Below, one piece after another: positions 12,600-25,800 of a stretch of DNA of 64,000 nucleotides. The first letter of the stretch is position 1. Each line of letters begins with the position of its first letter. A program made the translations under genes and the position numbers. This DNA is from Cycas panzhihuaensis (Eukaryota > Plantae > Cycadophyta). The notes beneath the pieces were generated by a model, which saw only the letters and a list, made by a program, of their open reading frames with translations, searched no databases and was not told the origin of the DNA. The stretch covers positions 92,263,741-92,327,740 of the forward strand of contig CM041465.1 in the NCBI GenBank assembly GCA_023213395.1. Reading direction: 5' to 3'.

Positions 12600-15500
12600 T
12601 TGGTGAAGCATATTAATGATTGGTGAGGATTCGATCTAATAGGACTATAAGGATTTGTTCATCAATGAGAATGGGTAGGGTGGTTTAGTATGTAACTTTA
12701 CTACCCAAGCATTTTTTTAGACAAGAGACATGAAAGATATTATAGATATTAGTATTAAGGGGAAGTTTAAGGCCATAGGTAATTTCACTAATCTTTTGGA
12801 GAACTTTATATAGACTATAATAATGTGGGTTTAGCTTGCTTTGATGAGATTTAAGGGATTGTTCTTTGCACATTTAGAGGTAGAGGAACATTAGATTTCT
12901 AATGTCAAATAACCAATCAGACCTATGGCATTTAATGAGTTGCTTCATATGGTTTTAGGCAATGATCAAGATATATCGAAGGCTATGGAGGATTTAGTCC
13001 ATCTCCTAAAGTTTTTATTGGGATGAGGGCATCCAAAAATTAGTTGCTAAGGTATGGTGTGAAGGGGGGTAATAACTATATAATGGCAAAAATGGGGACA
13101 TATTAATGACCAAGTGATAAGATGAGTTATACTAATATTCTTCTAAGGAAAGCTAAGAGGCCCATTTAGCTTGGTATTTTAAGGTGAAACAACATAGGTA
13201 CATTTTTAGAGTTTTGTTTAGGACCTTAAATTATCCATTTATTTGAGGGTGGTATGTAGAGCTCATGTTGAAAGAGGTTCCTATGGCTCTAGAGAGTTCT
13301 TTCCAAAAGAAGCTAGTGAACTTAAGATCTCAATCATAAATCATAGTTGAGGGAAATCCATGAAGGCAAAAATTAAATTAGATATATAGGCCAACAAGAT
13401 GAGAAGAAGTATACAGGGTGTATACTAGGATAAAATATGAATATTTGGTTGATTTTTCAATGACCACCCAGATAGATTTAAAACTAATGGATGTAAGTAG
13501 GCCAATGATAAAATCTATAGTAATATCTTATCATTTACCTTATAGAATATGTAGTGGTTGGAGGAGTCCTAGTAGATCTTTGGTATCCACCTTGTTCCAC
13601 TTTGAGATGAAGGTGAAGATGGTAGGTTTCATATAGGACCAAAAGAAAACTACACGAATACATTGATAGGTTTTATCAAATTCAAAATGGCCTCCTAAGG
13701 GAGTGGAGTGGTTCTCTATTAAAATTTGAGGTATGAATAAGGAGGATGGGCATACAAAGATGTGATTCCTGAATAACAAATGGTTATTGTGGGTTGACCA
13801 ACCCTTTTAGATGAGAGCTTTTTCACTCCAATAGGAGTAGTTATGTTGAGCCTAGTTCTTATGCAATTCATCAAGCCAAATAAGATAGGGCTTTAATATA
13901 TCATGAAGACTAAGGTTGGAGGTATTAGAATTAGGGTGTAGGCAAGAAAGGGTATTTGCAACCATGTTGTCTTTACCTTTCTTATAAGAGATAGTAATGT
14001 CAGAGACTTGCATGTGATTAATCCATTTAGCATGTTCTTCTGATAAAACTATCTAGTCCAATAGACTATGGAGGCTACGGTGGTCTATAAGGATAAGAAA
14101 TTTTGGCCCCAACAGGTATTGATGCCACTTATCTATGGCTTATAGGATAGCTCGCATTCCCTTTTGGTGTGTAAAGACTCATAGTTCATGATCTTTCAGT
14201 TTTTAGATTTCAAAAGTAATAGGATGGTAGACATATATAAGAACCACTCCTAGGCTAAATCTTTATGCATCACATTTGAGCTAGAATGGTTGGGTAAAAT
14301 TGAGAGTGACGAGGATTGGGATAGAGGTCATTATTATTTTAAGATAGGAAAAGGTAGCATCAACCTCTGAAGACTATTAGTAGGAGTCTTTGTAGAGTAG
14401 GTTGGATAGTAAAGCTACTAGTGAGGCATAGTTTCATATAAAATGATGATAAAACCCTATGAGGCTAAGGAATACTCATAGTTGTGTGAAATTGGTCAGT
14501 GTTGATGACGTAGTGATGATTGATATTTTATTAGAGTCCACTTGTACCCCTTCTGAAGATATAATATATCCCAAATACTAGAGTTTAAGTTTTTTAAACT
14601 CATACTTAAAGAGTTTTATATATAATTAGTGTTGGTATAAGATTTGGAGAATGATCTCTCAATGACGAATGTGATAGTCTAAGAAAGAACTATAGATAAG
14701 GATATCATTGAAGAAGATGATGATAAATTTCTAAAGGTAGGTGTCAAAGATCTTATTCATGAGTGCTTAAAAGGTGGGATTTGAATTACAAAGGTTGAAA
14801 GGTATCACTAAGAAGTTAAAGAGGTTGTGATGTATTCTAAAAGTTGTCTTATTGCAGTCTTGTGGATCAATTAAGATCTAATAGTATCTAAATTATATAC
14901 TAGAAAAGATGGAGGATTCATAGATCTCATCTAATATGCAATCTATCCGTGGAATGGGAAACTTATTTTTTATGGAAATTTTATTAAGTTCCTTTTAATC
15001 CATGCAAAGGTGAAAGGAGCCATATTTCTTTCTAATCAAGACTATGGGGGCCACACACAACCTTTTACTAGGGTAGGTTATTCTTGTATCCATCAATTCG
15101 ATAGTGATTTTCTTAATTTCATTTTTTAGAAGTAGGAATTTCTATATGGGTATAGGATAATTAGGTCATGATTAGATTAGAGGTTGATTGTGTGGTAGAA
15201 ACCATGGTCAAGTGGGGTAGTGGTGGGAAGGGAAGCAAATACATGCTCATACTTAGTAATGACATCCTATATACATAGGTGGATTTAAGGGTTAACCTAA
15301 ATGTTATTAAGGCAAACTATATAACCAAGGTAGGATTGAAGGTATCATTTCATGTGACTTAGCGAAACCGATTAGTTTAGTGGGGACTATATCCTATAGA
15401 TTTTATATGTCTAGCCCATTTATTCCTTGAATAATATGAAGGGATTAGTTAGAAAGTTGTTTATACTATAAGTTCCTAAGGCTTGCAACTATTGGTTTCC

Positions 15501-16975
15501 TAATATAATATCAAATCCTCCTATTAACAATACATAGAAATCTAAGATCATGAGGTATGTGCCAATCTAGACATATAGGTTTTTTATAATACCATTATAG
15601 TGGAGCTTCTAATACCTTAACAAGGAGTAGATGAAGCTAGTCTTTGGGATAATATAAAGGTTTAGTTGTCAGGTTAATGAGATGTCAATAAAGTTCAAGG
15701 ATATGCCATTGTCAATCAAGATTGACATTAGAGTTTTATAGAGAATTCCCTTGACTCGTAGTGGTTTAAGACAAGAGGTGGAGGCTATAATAGATAAGGA
15801 TACTTTAGGTTGAGGATCAGGGGTGCATCTTCCTAGAATTCTTCATTGGCCTTATGCTCTGAGTCAAACTTTGAGTGTTCATCAAGGAATAAGGTAGGGT
15901 CGATAGAAAAGACTATATGTATTGCTTTACAAATATGATCATGCCTAGTAGTTTACTTTTCTAAGTAATGAATATATAGGCTAGTCTATATTTAACGTTG
16001 CACTTTTTCTTATAAGATGTAGACTTATTTTAGTAAGGATTTTTCTCCTTATTGATCTATAATAGGATAAGTTATATCATAAAGTTGAGATCAAGGACAT
16101 TAGAAACCTAGTTATAATCGAGTTGTATCATCAAATTAGGGTCAAGGCTATTGGAATTTTATCCAACAAGGTTGTGAGAACTATGGGTTGTCTTATTATG
16201 TATGTAAGGATTAGTTGATTTTGAATTCTACCTCCACAACTCTAGCCATTTTAATAGCTTCCTTGAGAGAGGTTATAGACAACATCTTGAGGTGCACCCA
16301 AATATAATCTTGAAGACCTTCCATATAAATGTCTATTAGGGTATGTTTGTCTAAATTTTGGCTTTTTAAGGACTGATTATATAAGTCTTAGAACTCATAT
16401 ATAAAGACCTCTATTGATGATTTTTGTTTCAACTATATCAACTGAGTGAAGAATGACTAACTCCAAGTATTCTTATATTTCTCAAAGAAATAATTTGTAA
16501 AATGTGACTATATCTAATTTGAAAGATATTCATTTTTCTAGTAATTAAACTAGTGATGAGCTTTTTTATCCATGTGCATGGAGGCATATAGTAGTTGATC
16601 CTCATTAATCATTAGATTGAGAGTAAAGTAGGATTCCAATTTACTTAACTAGTTATGAGTGCATTCTTTATTCAATTTTGGATCAAAAGTTGAAACGTTG
16701 ATTTTGTGGTAGAGCAATAGATGACTTGGTGGATGGCCTCCTTAGGGTGCATTATTTCCCTATGGTGGATGAGAGGGAGGAGAGTTGGACATCATATTCA
16801 ATATCCCTATTCTATTGGAATTGAAATGTATTATTTAAGTGATTAGGACTGAGATATCTACCTTTGAAGGTAGGTTGGCTAAAATTTCCTTAGATGGAAG
16901 GCTAGCCAACTTAGCCTTTATTTCTTTTCGAAAAGTTTTCAACTCTATCTCTAATGAAGTATTCATATCTCTTTG
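12600..16975 (-). pseudogene. Gypsy gag-pol remnant
   Basis: ILIDNGISLNF protease (~15700-15725), KFIIIFFNDIL RT (~14700-14730), KCDA..LGVVL RNase H (~14250), HSTPLGGHF integrase Zn finger (ORF 13540..13779), LKLP...IYNIFHVSCLKK (ORF 12685..12873). Confidence 0.9.
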
Positions 16976-18216
16976 TGAATATGCTATCAAAATATAGAAT
17001 AGGTTATAAGGAGCAAGACTTAGCAGATAGAAGTGGAAATATATGAAGTGGGGAATAGCAAGAAAGAAGGAGTTTTAAGAAGTAGGGAATGCCTTGGTAA
17101 AGTATGGAAGACAAAAGGGATAAAGGGGAAGGGAAGGGTACTTAGGGTGTTTGTAGCCTATTAACCCCAAAATTTAAGAAACAAAATCACCTAGTGTTCT
17201 TGGATGACTATAAAAATCTCATTGAAATAGGATAAGTGAGTTATAGGGGAAAAATTTTGGTAGTGGGACCCATTGGTGACCCGAGTGCCACTACACCCAA
17301 AAATTAACTATAAAAAATAAAGCAGTATAAATTAATTTGTGTGATACACTGATTGAAATAAGATGTGTGAATTTTAATTATAATTTTTTTGGTCATGGAC
17401 TCTTTTTTGTGACAAGTTCAATGATTTAGATTATTTCTGATTTTGACAAATATAGAGGAAGTTATGGCCTTCTCTTTATAGGTCTATGCTTACAATGATA
17501 AATGATCAACAACTATTCAATAGACTTAATTTCTTTTTATGAGGGGAATTTCAAATGAGAGGATACCCACTAGCCTCTAACACTAGGAGTGCTTGGCTTT
17601 ATAGGCCCTATGATAAAACTTCTCTATCATTATTATAACTTAACCCAATATCTCAGGGCACTACCTATGGAGAAAAAATCATCCCTATAAGGTCTACAAC
17701 TATGTAGAGGTATTCATATAGAGTATCTTCTAGGTGCTAATTGATAACATGTATATCATAGAGGATAAACAATTGAAATTTTACCTATTTTAGGATGGGT
17801 AGGGAGCTTAGGGAGTCCTCCTATATACCTAAGGATATATGGAGGCTCAATTCTCTTACTAAGTTCTATCTAAGGCTTGGTTTAATAAACTTAACTAAAG
17901 TCCTTCACACAAGATCAAAAAAGCCATAATATGCTTAGCCTAGAATGATAGATACTTATTATATTTATAGACCCTTAGGACAAGGTCTCTACCATCTAAG
18001 TTGGGTAGCTACCAAGTAGAGTTATCTACCTAAGAAGAGGAAAGAAAGGAGCAAAAAGTGTAACTTCCAAGTAGTATAATCTACCCCTAAATAGAAATTT
18101 AAATAATCAAAATTGAAAGAAAGTAGTATAGGAGAAGGGTAACAAGTGTCACCAAAGAAAAATAAAAAATTTTCCTTTTTTAGCTCTTGAATGCCTTTAT
18201 AGGGTCATTAAATCTT

Positions 18217-18228
18217 ACTTTGATACCA
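18217..18228 (-). promoter_or_regulatory. Degenerate PBS, tRNA-Met(i)
   Basis: actttgatacca, 2 nt from TG at 18231. Two transitions from consensus. Confidence 0.8.
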
Positions 18229-18908
18229 CTTGTAGTGTATCTTCCTAATCTTATCCTTGTAAAGCTAATGAAAGAATAGATAAGGGAATAGATCGAGCAC
18301 TTTTATTGACTTTAGAGGTTGATATTATAGAATAGCTCGTACAATGGATACAAAAAGAGTATTGAAGTACTTTCTGTTAAGAAAGGAAATAATGATCAAT
18401 AATACTTTACAAGTAATCTCTGACCCTTAAATAGACAAAAGAGGGTCTCTCTTCCATAATCTTATTGGTAGCCCTATTGGCCTTATATATGATTGGAGGG
18501 ATTAATAGCTTGTCAACAAAACTTAATAGTTAACATCAACACTTAATCCCTTTGATGGTTTTTATATGCTAGAGCCTTATTTTGCTTAAAAATATGAAGT
18601 TATGTTATATTTAATAAGTAAAATGATACATATATACCATGGAAACTAATAAGTATTTAATTTGCCTAATGATAAAGATAAATGACCTACTTTGACTTAT
18701 TATAATGACCCTTAATAACTTTAATCATTAATTGCGATTATTGCATGCAAATCTAATAAGGGTTGCTTATCTACTTGTCAGATTGATAGTCTTTGATTTA
18801 TTTCCAAGGTATGAAAATATGTTTTAAATAAAATTTTATACTCACTTAGTCATCCTTTTGTAGGAGGTAGGTAGACCACCCTTTAACCTTCATATAGGTG
18901 AATAAAAT

Positions 18909-18975
18909 TGGGGTTGGGGAGGGGGGGGGGGGGGGGGGTCGGGGGGTTGTGGTGGTGGTGGGGGGAGGAGGGGGT
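18909..18975 (+). repeat. G-rich low-complexity tract
   Basis: Long G homopolymer plus GGT/GGA units in AT-rich DNA. Confidence 0.9.
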
Positions 18976-19644
18976 GTGATGCAGGGTGAATTGAAATCTA
19001 TAAGCACATAGTTTGATTCTAATTCTAAAGTTAGAAAACCAAAGATAAATGAGACAAATATACCTCATATAGTTGTATTTACATGTAGTTGCATTGAGAT
19101 TTAGTAATATTTTTAATTTGATTTTTAGACTAATTCTTATAGGGGCTTAGCGTTTATTACTATGCTTAGAAAATTTGTAAAAATATAAGCAAAGAAATAG
19201 TAAAAATTTTTTATTTTAATTTCACAAATACATAATGAATTTAGGTTTCAGTGAATCTTTAGTGTCATCTTTTAACTTCATGCACATGCATTATTCACTT
19301 AACATCTTAGGCCATAACCTTTTATTATATTGGGTTTTTAATTAAGGCATTATCATTAAAATATTTCTATTTTATCAATTTATTACCATCCCCTAGGATC
19401 TGTGAGTATGTCTTAGATATTTATAGAGTCGAAATCCTATCTCATTGCTTTTACAGATAAATTATTAAACTAGGATCCTCTACTAATGCAGGGCCCCAAA
19501 GTGTGTTAATCCCTCAACTATCTAAGATAAGTTCCTAGTAAGGGTACAGTCATGAAGGCATGCTTTACCTGCTTGTACCTATCTGTAAAAACCTAGGTTA
19601 TAAGTAATGTTGATAACTATGGAGGCACTAAAGAATAAGTGGGT

Positions 19645-22600
19645 TATTTCAACTAATTATGCCTTCTTCTGACATCAATTAGGTCTTATACCTTATTGTT
19701 TGATACTAGGGTTTGACTATTTAATTGCACGATAATTTAGTGATTGTTTAACATCATGGCTAAATGAATTTATATTGATTATGTTTGTGCTTGACTAATA
19801 TTTTCAATAATACGTAGATTATAGAAGTGTCTAATAAATCTAGCTTACTATAGCCTCCTTTAGAAATCCAATTGATTTCTATTATTCATCCCTTTTTTAG
19901 TCTAATATACTATTTTCTCCTCAAAATTCATCTTTGTACCTCAACTAGCCCTTTATTACTTTGAGACATCACTATGTGATGTGCTCTCATTTAACTTTTT
20001 TAATTTTTAATGGTGAAAATCCTTATTTTTAGCCTTTCTTTCATTAGTCATATTTTTTTACTAAAGATCATGTTTTTAGTGTTATCCAAAAATGCAACCT
20101 TCTTCATATAATATGATCTTCATATAACTAAAAATGTGATATTCTTTTGGTTGTATTTTTAGTGTATTTTTTTGTTGTAGTTTTCACTAGTTAGTCACAT
20201 TTTCTATTGTTTGTTGCCATTTTTGGTTTTTCACATACAAAGAAAATACATTGACAAGTCATTTTTTTCTATCATACATACATTGGATTATGAGAAATCA
20301 TAACTCTACTTCTCCACTATTTGGCCCTCCTCCCTCTATTTTTCCTCTGTAAAAACTCATCACTTTGCTCAACGAAATAGAGGAGATCATTTGAAGTAAT
20401 AAAGTATTGCCAGAATTCCAACTCACACTTGTGACCCTCATTTGGACCTTGTGGAGACTTGTCTGAAGCTAAGTTTAAAGCTTTTTATTAGAGTAACCAG
20501 ACACTTGGAGTTGAATCTGCTTCTCTTCTCTCTTTCTTTATCTCTTGGCTTCCTTTCTCATTCACATCTTTTCTCCTTCTTTAAGTGTTATCTTTTGCTC
20601 TTCTCCTCCATGTTCCTCTTATCACTTTTAACCACTTTAGAGGCTTAATTTGGAGAACTTGGATAAGAAAATACAGAACTAGGACATAACCTTTTATTCT
20701 TCTTAAGTGGGTGACTCTTGCTTGGTAAGTTGGTGTGCCTAATTTTAATGCTGCTTTTAATTTTCTTTAATCATTCTTTGTTTAAAAAAAGGGGGGAGGG
20801 AGAAGGAAAAAGAAATTAAGTTAGGATTTTAAGTTTATTTTCATGAAAGATTTGGTTTCTTGTATCAATATTTTTTTTAGTTTATAGTTTTCCATTGGTT
20901 GGAGTCTTATTTTAAGAGTGGGAAACTCCTAAACTCATAAGCCTCTACTCACAACCTAGTGAGAGCTCTATATACTTAGGCTTTGTGCTTAGGAGTCAAC
21001 TAGGGAGGTGAGTGAGTTAAATTAGGAGTATAAGTTTTTATGGTTGGAATCCCCCTTATATAGGGTTATAATCCTCTCTTTATCCACTCTCTTTTGTTTC
21101 TCATAACCCTCTAAGTACAACCTAGATGTTGTTGGGGCTTTGAGAATTTTTATTGATTATAAGAAAACAAAAGGATCTTTAAGATACTTTTTCTGTTGCA
21201 TAGCCCTTAATGTTTGTTATTAAGAGCACAAATATTACACTCATACTAGAGCCTTATTTGGAGAATAAAGACATCATTCAAAGGCTTTTAGAGCTAGTGA
21301 TTAGAAGGTTAGTCCTTTTGATTTGTTACATTGCTTTTATTTTTTTATTTTTTATGTATTAAAGAAATTTTTGAAAAGGAAAAGACAAATAGGAAGTTTA
21401 TCCTTTAAAGAGATCTTTATGCTCATTGAATTGCTAAAATTGAATGTTTGTTTGAATTAACCATCTTCTACTTTACTTTAAAAAAGAAAGAGAAAGGGTG
21501 ACTAGGATAAACATAAGTGTATCCAAAGAACTCTTATTTCTCCCATTCTTTATAGGTGTGTTGGATATTATTTTCATTTCTTTTATCTTTTGAATAAAAA
21601 GGAAAATATATTTTTAAAAATAGGAAAAAAAAATGCACATTTTAATAGTTTGCATTGGTTAATATTATATTAAGATAAATTAGATCTATTTGATGGTTGT
21701 TTATATTATTTTTTCCATTTGCTTGTTTATGTATAAAAGTAAAACAACATTTTAATTTTGTATTCAAGTTGCTTATTAATTGTTTATTGGGTGATACCCG
21801 TATGTTAGGCCATGTTCCTTCAATTAAGGCTTGATTAATTGATAGGGACTTGACATCCTTGATAAATCAAACTTACCCTTTCCTAGGGACAAATACTTCT
21901 CACTGTGAAGGGTCATTTGATTAATCGAGACTTGATACCCTTGGCATACAAACTTCCCCTCCTCTAGGATTGATTTCTTCTTATCATGTTCTGAACACCA
22001 AAAGTGTCATCTTATAGTCACACTTTGAGTTGAGAGTGGCATATATTCTTTATCTTCCTTTACCACTTAGTGTAAAAACCCCCTAGAGTCATATATGGGT
22101 ATCCCCGGAGCATCCATCCTCATAGGTAGATTATTGTTAAGTGAGAGAGTCCCTAATAGCCAACCCCCTAATTAGGCCATTAATCTAGGGTCTAAGATCT
22201 CCTTGGTACTTGTACTCATCAGTCTTCCTATACTTTAGATTAGTTCAACATAGACTTTTGATTCTTAAGAGGGTTACTAGTCTAGGTTAGGACTTTTCCT
22301 TCTAGAAAGACTTTCAGAAGGGCAAATAAATAGGAAGCCTTAGGTTACTTATTAAGAGGTAAGATTCCTATGTCAATCCTCCCACTTATTGGGAGGTTGT
22401 TTGATCTTTTCCTTGACAAAAATAGGACCTTGTTTATTTATTTATTTGAATTAGCTTGGTTGGTTATCTTTCATAACTTAAGTATGTTATCATTTAGCTC
22501 TCTTTAATTTATTGTTTAAATATAGAAATTGGTAAATAATAACAACCCTTAAAAACTTATACCTATCCATCTAACATAGCCTTAGGGCATCATCCCTTTT

Positions 22601-22685
22601 CATCAAGATAAGGGTTGAGGATTCCCCTTGAGTTATATCACCTAGGATATCATCCTCCTACACTTGACCCAAGTTCCCAAAATCA
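19645..22685 (+). repeat. 5' LTR of the Tat element
   Basis: Colinear with 36946-37041 joined to 42209-45173. Starts TA (decayed TG), ends ...aatCA. Confidence 0.9.
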
Positions 22686-22687
22686 TT

Positions 22688-22706
22688 AAGGCAACCATAC
22701 TTGGGA
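22688..22706 (+). promoter_or_regulatory. Degenerate PBS (non-Met, TGGCGAC-like)
   Basis: aggcaaccatacttggga directly follows the LTR end and resembles a decayed TGGCGAC...TGGGA. The tRNA cannot be assigned firmly. Confidence 0.5.
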
Positions 22707-22872
22707 GTTGCCTTCCTAGTTACTCTTTAACTTTACTAGTATATATACTCATTCATTAGACACTCTTTTTCCTCATTGATTGCACTCCATATTCCATTTT
22801 AAGGGAACCTTTTCTTTTTACCTTCTTTCCTTTTTCTTTAACCTACACTTGTACATTTTATTTACACTCCCC

Positions 22873-25800
22873 ATGGATCCATTTTACACCTACCTTAGGA
22901 GATCTAGGAGACTCCTTAGCTTTCCCCTTAAAGGCCCATCATTATCTTCTCTTCCTCTTAAACTTCCACTTTGTAAAGGTTATAAGATGTCAAGTACCAA
23001 TCCTAACATCCTTTCTAAGACTCTAGATGTTAACAACCCTTTTGAGTATGAGGAAGAGTTGCTTCTATATGAGGTTCCTTTGAAAGAGACTCTCCACCAA
23101 TTTCAAAATGCATCTTCCAAAGAAGTTAGTATGCCTACTCACACCTATTTTGTAGATCGTAAGGGACCCATACCTCATAATGAGGGAGATAAAGAATCTA
23201 CAATATATTCCCCTTCTATGATGATACATCCCTTTAAGTAAGCTTTAGGCCCTATCGCCTCTACCCATGCTAGCTCGTATATCATTACCTAAGAGTAGGG
23301 AGACCATTTGCTAGTGCCCCATCCCCCTTCATTAACTATTGACCCTAGTGGTCATACTCAAGGCCCTCATGTTCCACCTTCCATGACTTGGTAACTAAGA
23401 TCACTCCTATCGAGTGTACCAACACCAAAGGAAACTAGGTCTAGGGTGTGAAACCTAATATGGGGATGTGATGGAACCTTAGGTTCCCCACATGAGGCAC
23501 CTATGCACCATGGAGATATGGATTCAAGAATGCACAGGTGCACTCCCTTCTCCTTTACTTAGGGTTTTAAGAAGGAGGGGACCATGATTGGATAATCTCC
23601 CTTGACAAGGGACCAACGTGGTAAAGAAAATAGGAAAGGAGAATTGAAGGAAAGAAGAGAGAGAGAAAGAGTAGGTAAATGGACCTAAACCCTCTTAGTT
23701 GGGGAAAAAAAGGTATGATAGTATTTTGTTGTGATATTATGTAAGAATAATAACAACAAGAAAGGAAAGAAACAAAGAGAGGTGAAAAATGAATGAAAAC
23801 CTCACTCTCTTTCCTTTTACCACTCTTTTCCATCTTCTTTTCTAGAGAAAGAAAGAAACATATAAAGAAACAAAGAAAGGGTACAGGAGCAAACAAGGGA
23901 ACCTTACTCTCTTTACCTTTATCTCTCTTTTCTCTCTTTATTCAAAAATGGGAAAAGAAATCTATATGCTAATCAAGCGGGAGAAACATGGATGTATTCA
24001 AAATGGGGGAAATAAAGAAAAGGGAAGGTAGGTACTCCTCTCCTACATGTAACCCTAGCTCAATATCCCCTTACCTCCAATATTCCTTTTTCTAAACAAA
24101 AATGAAAAGAAACCTATTCTTTTTTCCACAAAATAAATTTCTTCTTATTTCATGCAATGCAAGACACTCCTCGAAACCCTTATTCTCTCCTTTTGATGAT
24201 GATGCAACTAATAAGAACAAACCACAAAAGGGTAAAGTAATTCTTTATAAATGGGGGTGTGAGGTGAGAATGATGACAATAATATAGAAGGAAAAAGAGG
24301 TAAGAGTAAGCGAAGTGCACCCAAATCTAATAAACGGTGGATGATGTTATTTCCCCTCATATCTCTTTGTCCTTGCTCTCTAATGGTTATGTTGCCAATT
24401 AAAATGGGATGATGGGCACTCCACTTACCTACCCCAAATGAATAAGAGCAACTAATGGAAATCAAGTGTAGGAAAAAGTAAAGGAAATATATGCAATAAG
24501 CTAGCATGAAACCATGGACAATGATTGCCTTATGGAAGTGCACCTTCTCCAAACCCTAACGTGGATGGAAGAGGGTATCTCCTTCTTATACTTGCATGTT
24601 AGATCTAAAAGGAAGTCTACTCTAACAACCATTCAATAAATCTACTTACATAAAAAGAGTTAATCAATATATATGATCAAGGAAAATGTAAGCAAGCATG
24701 TACAACATATAGGAGAATAGTAACAACAAAAATGAAGATAAAGTGAGGAGGAGAGAAGTGGATCAAAATAGCGTGGCTTCCCCTATAAGGGTGGTTCTCT
24801 TAAGTGTGTAAGGAAAGCCTCCCCAACATACACTTGCAACTCAATGGAAAATATATAGAAAGGAAAGGAAGGAAAGACCAAGTGAATCCAATCATACATT
24901 TAACTATTTTAACCAAATGAAATGTTGCTAATTTCCCAAAAGCCCTAGTTATGTAACAAAACAACAAAGAAAGAAAGAGAAGAAGGGTGGGAGGGAATCT
25001 CACTAAATGACAAACCAAGGTTAGATAGGGGATGCCTAATCCAATGGAGAAGGAGGTGATGGCCATATAATGTAGTGCACTCCAATATCCCTTTGCTTAT
25101 GCTAGGTTGGATCTCCACTTCTTCACCGTAACTCCCTAAGCATGCTAGTTGTGTCAAGTGTGGAAGGGTTGATGTGATAAAAATTTAGTAGCATTTCAGT
25201 ATAGCAAGAAGAGTAGAAGATGATAGATAATCCCTCTTCAAATTAGAGGGTTTTATAGGCAAAAACAAGGTGAAGGGGTGGTGGTTTTATGCCCACAAGG
25301 TAGAGAAACTACCACCCAAAACCAAGGTAGGAGCTAAGGTGGGAAGTTTAAATCCTCACAAAATTTGAATAAAATTTTGGTTTTGAGGTTCAATGGGGGT
25401 TTCCAAGGGTTCAACAAGCCATTCTAAGCTAATGTGGCATAGTGGGCCCACTTAACAAGGCAGTAAAGAGGCTACTAGTCCATTGGGAAGGTGATTAGGT
25501 AAGTTAACAGTCATACTGCAACCAAAGTTGCAATATTATAGATTTGGTTGTAATACCATAAAATACTCTATAGTACCACTTTTTACAGTAGAAATGGTTG
25601 TGAGATGATATTAAAGAGGAAAAATAAGGCCCAAAACTAGTCCTAAAAGACTCTAACTCCCAAAAACCAACACCAAGGTCTAAAATAGTAAGTGACCAAT
25701 GGCTGTAAAGGTAAAACAAGGCTAAAAGGACAAGGATGGGGCCAAAAAATGAGTTGTAGGACCATGGGAGAGGTCCTTTTTTCTAATTAATGGGTTGACC

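Larger units (their letters stand above)
12523..18541 (-). mobile_element. Decayed chromovirus-type Ty3/gypsy element, interrupted at its pol C-terminus by the copia insertion
   Basis: gag-PR-RT-RH-INT order. PBS-Met variant TGGTATCAAAGT (18217-18228). LTR starts at 18231; outer end guessed at ...tcaaca 18541. Confidence 0.85.

Noticed and set aside
12540-12680. Chromodomain after the gypsy integrase
   Set aside because: The position fits, but the sequence is too decayed and truncated to show the motif.
18883-19068. His/Pro-rich ORF
   Set aside because: Artefact of translating the G tract.
20442-25719. Hydrophobic Leu/Phe-rich ORFs resembling env or membrane proteins
   Set aside because: They come from pyrimidine-rich LTR sequence. 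The equivalent ORF in the 3' LTR is not conserved in length or start.
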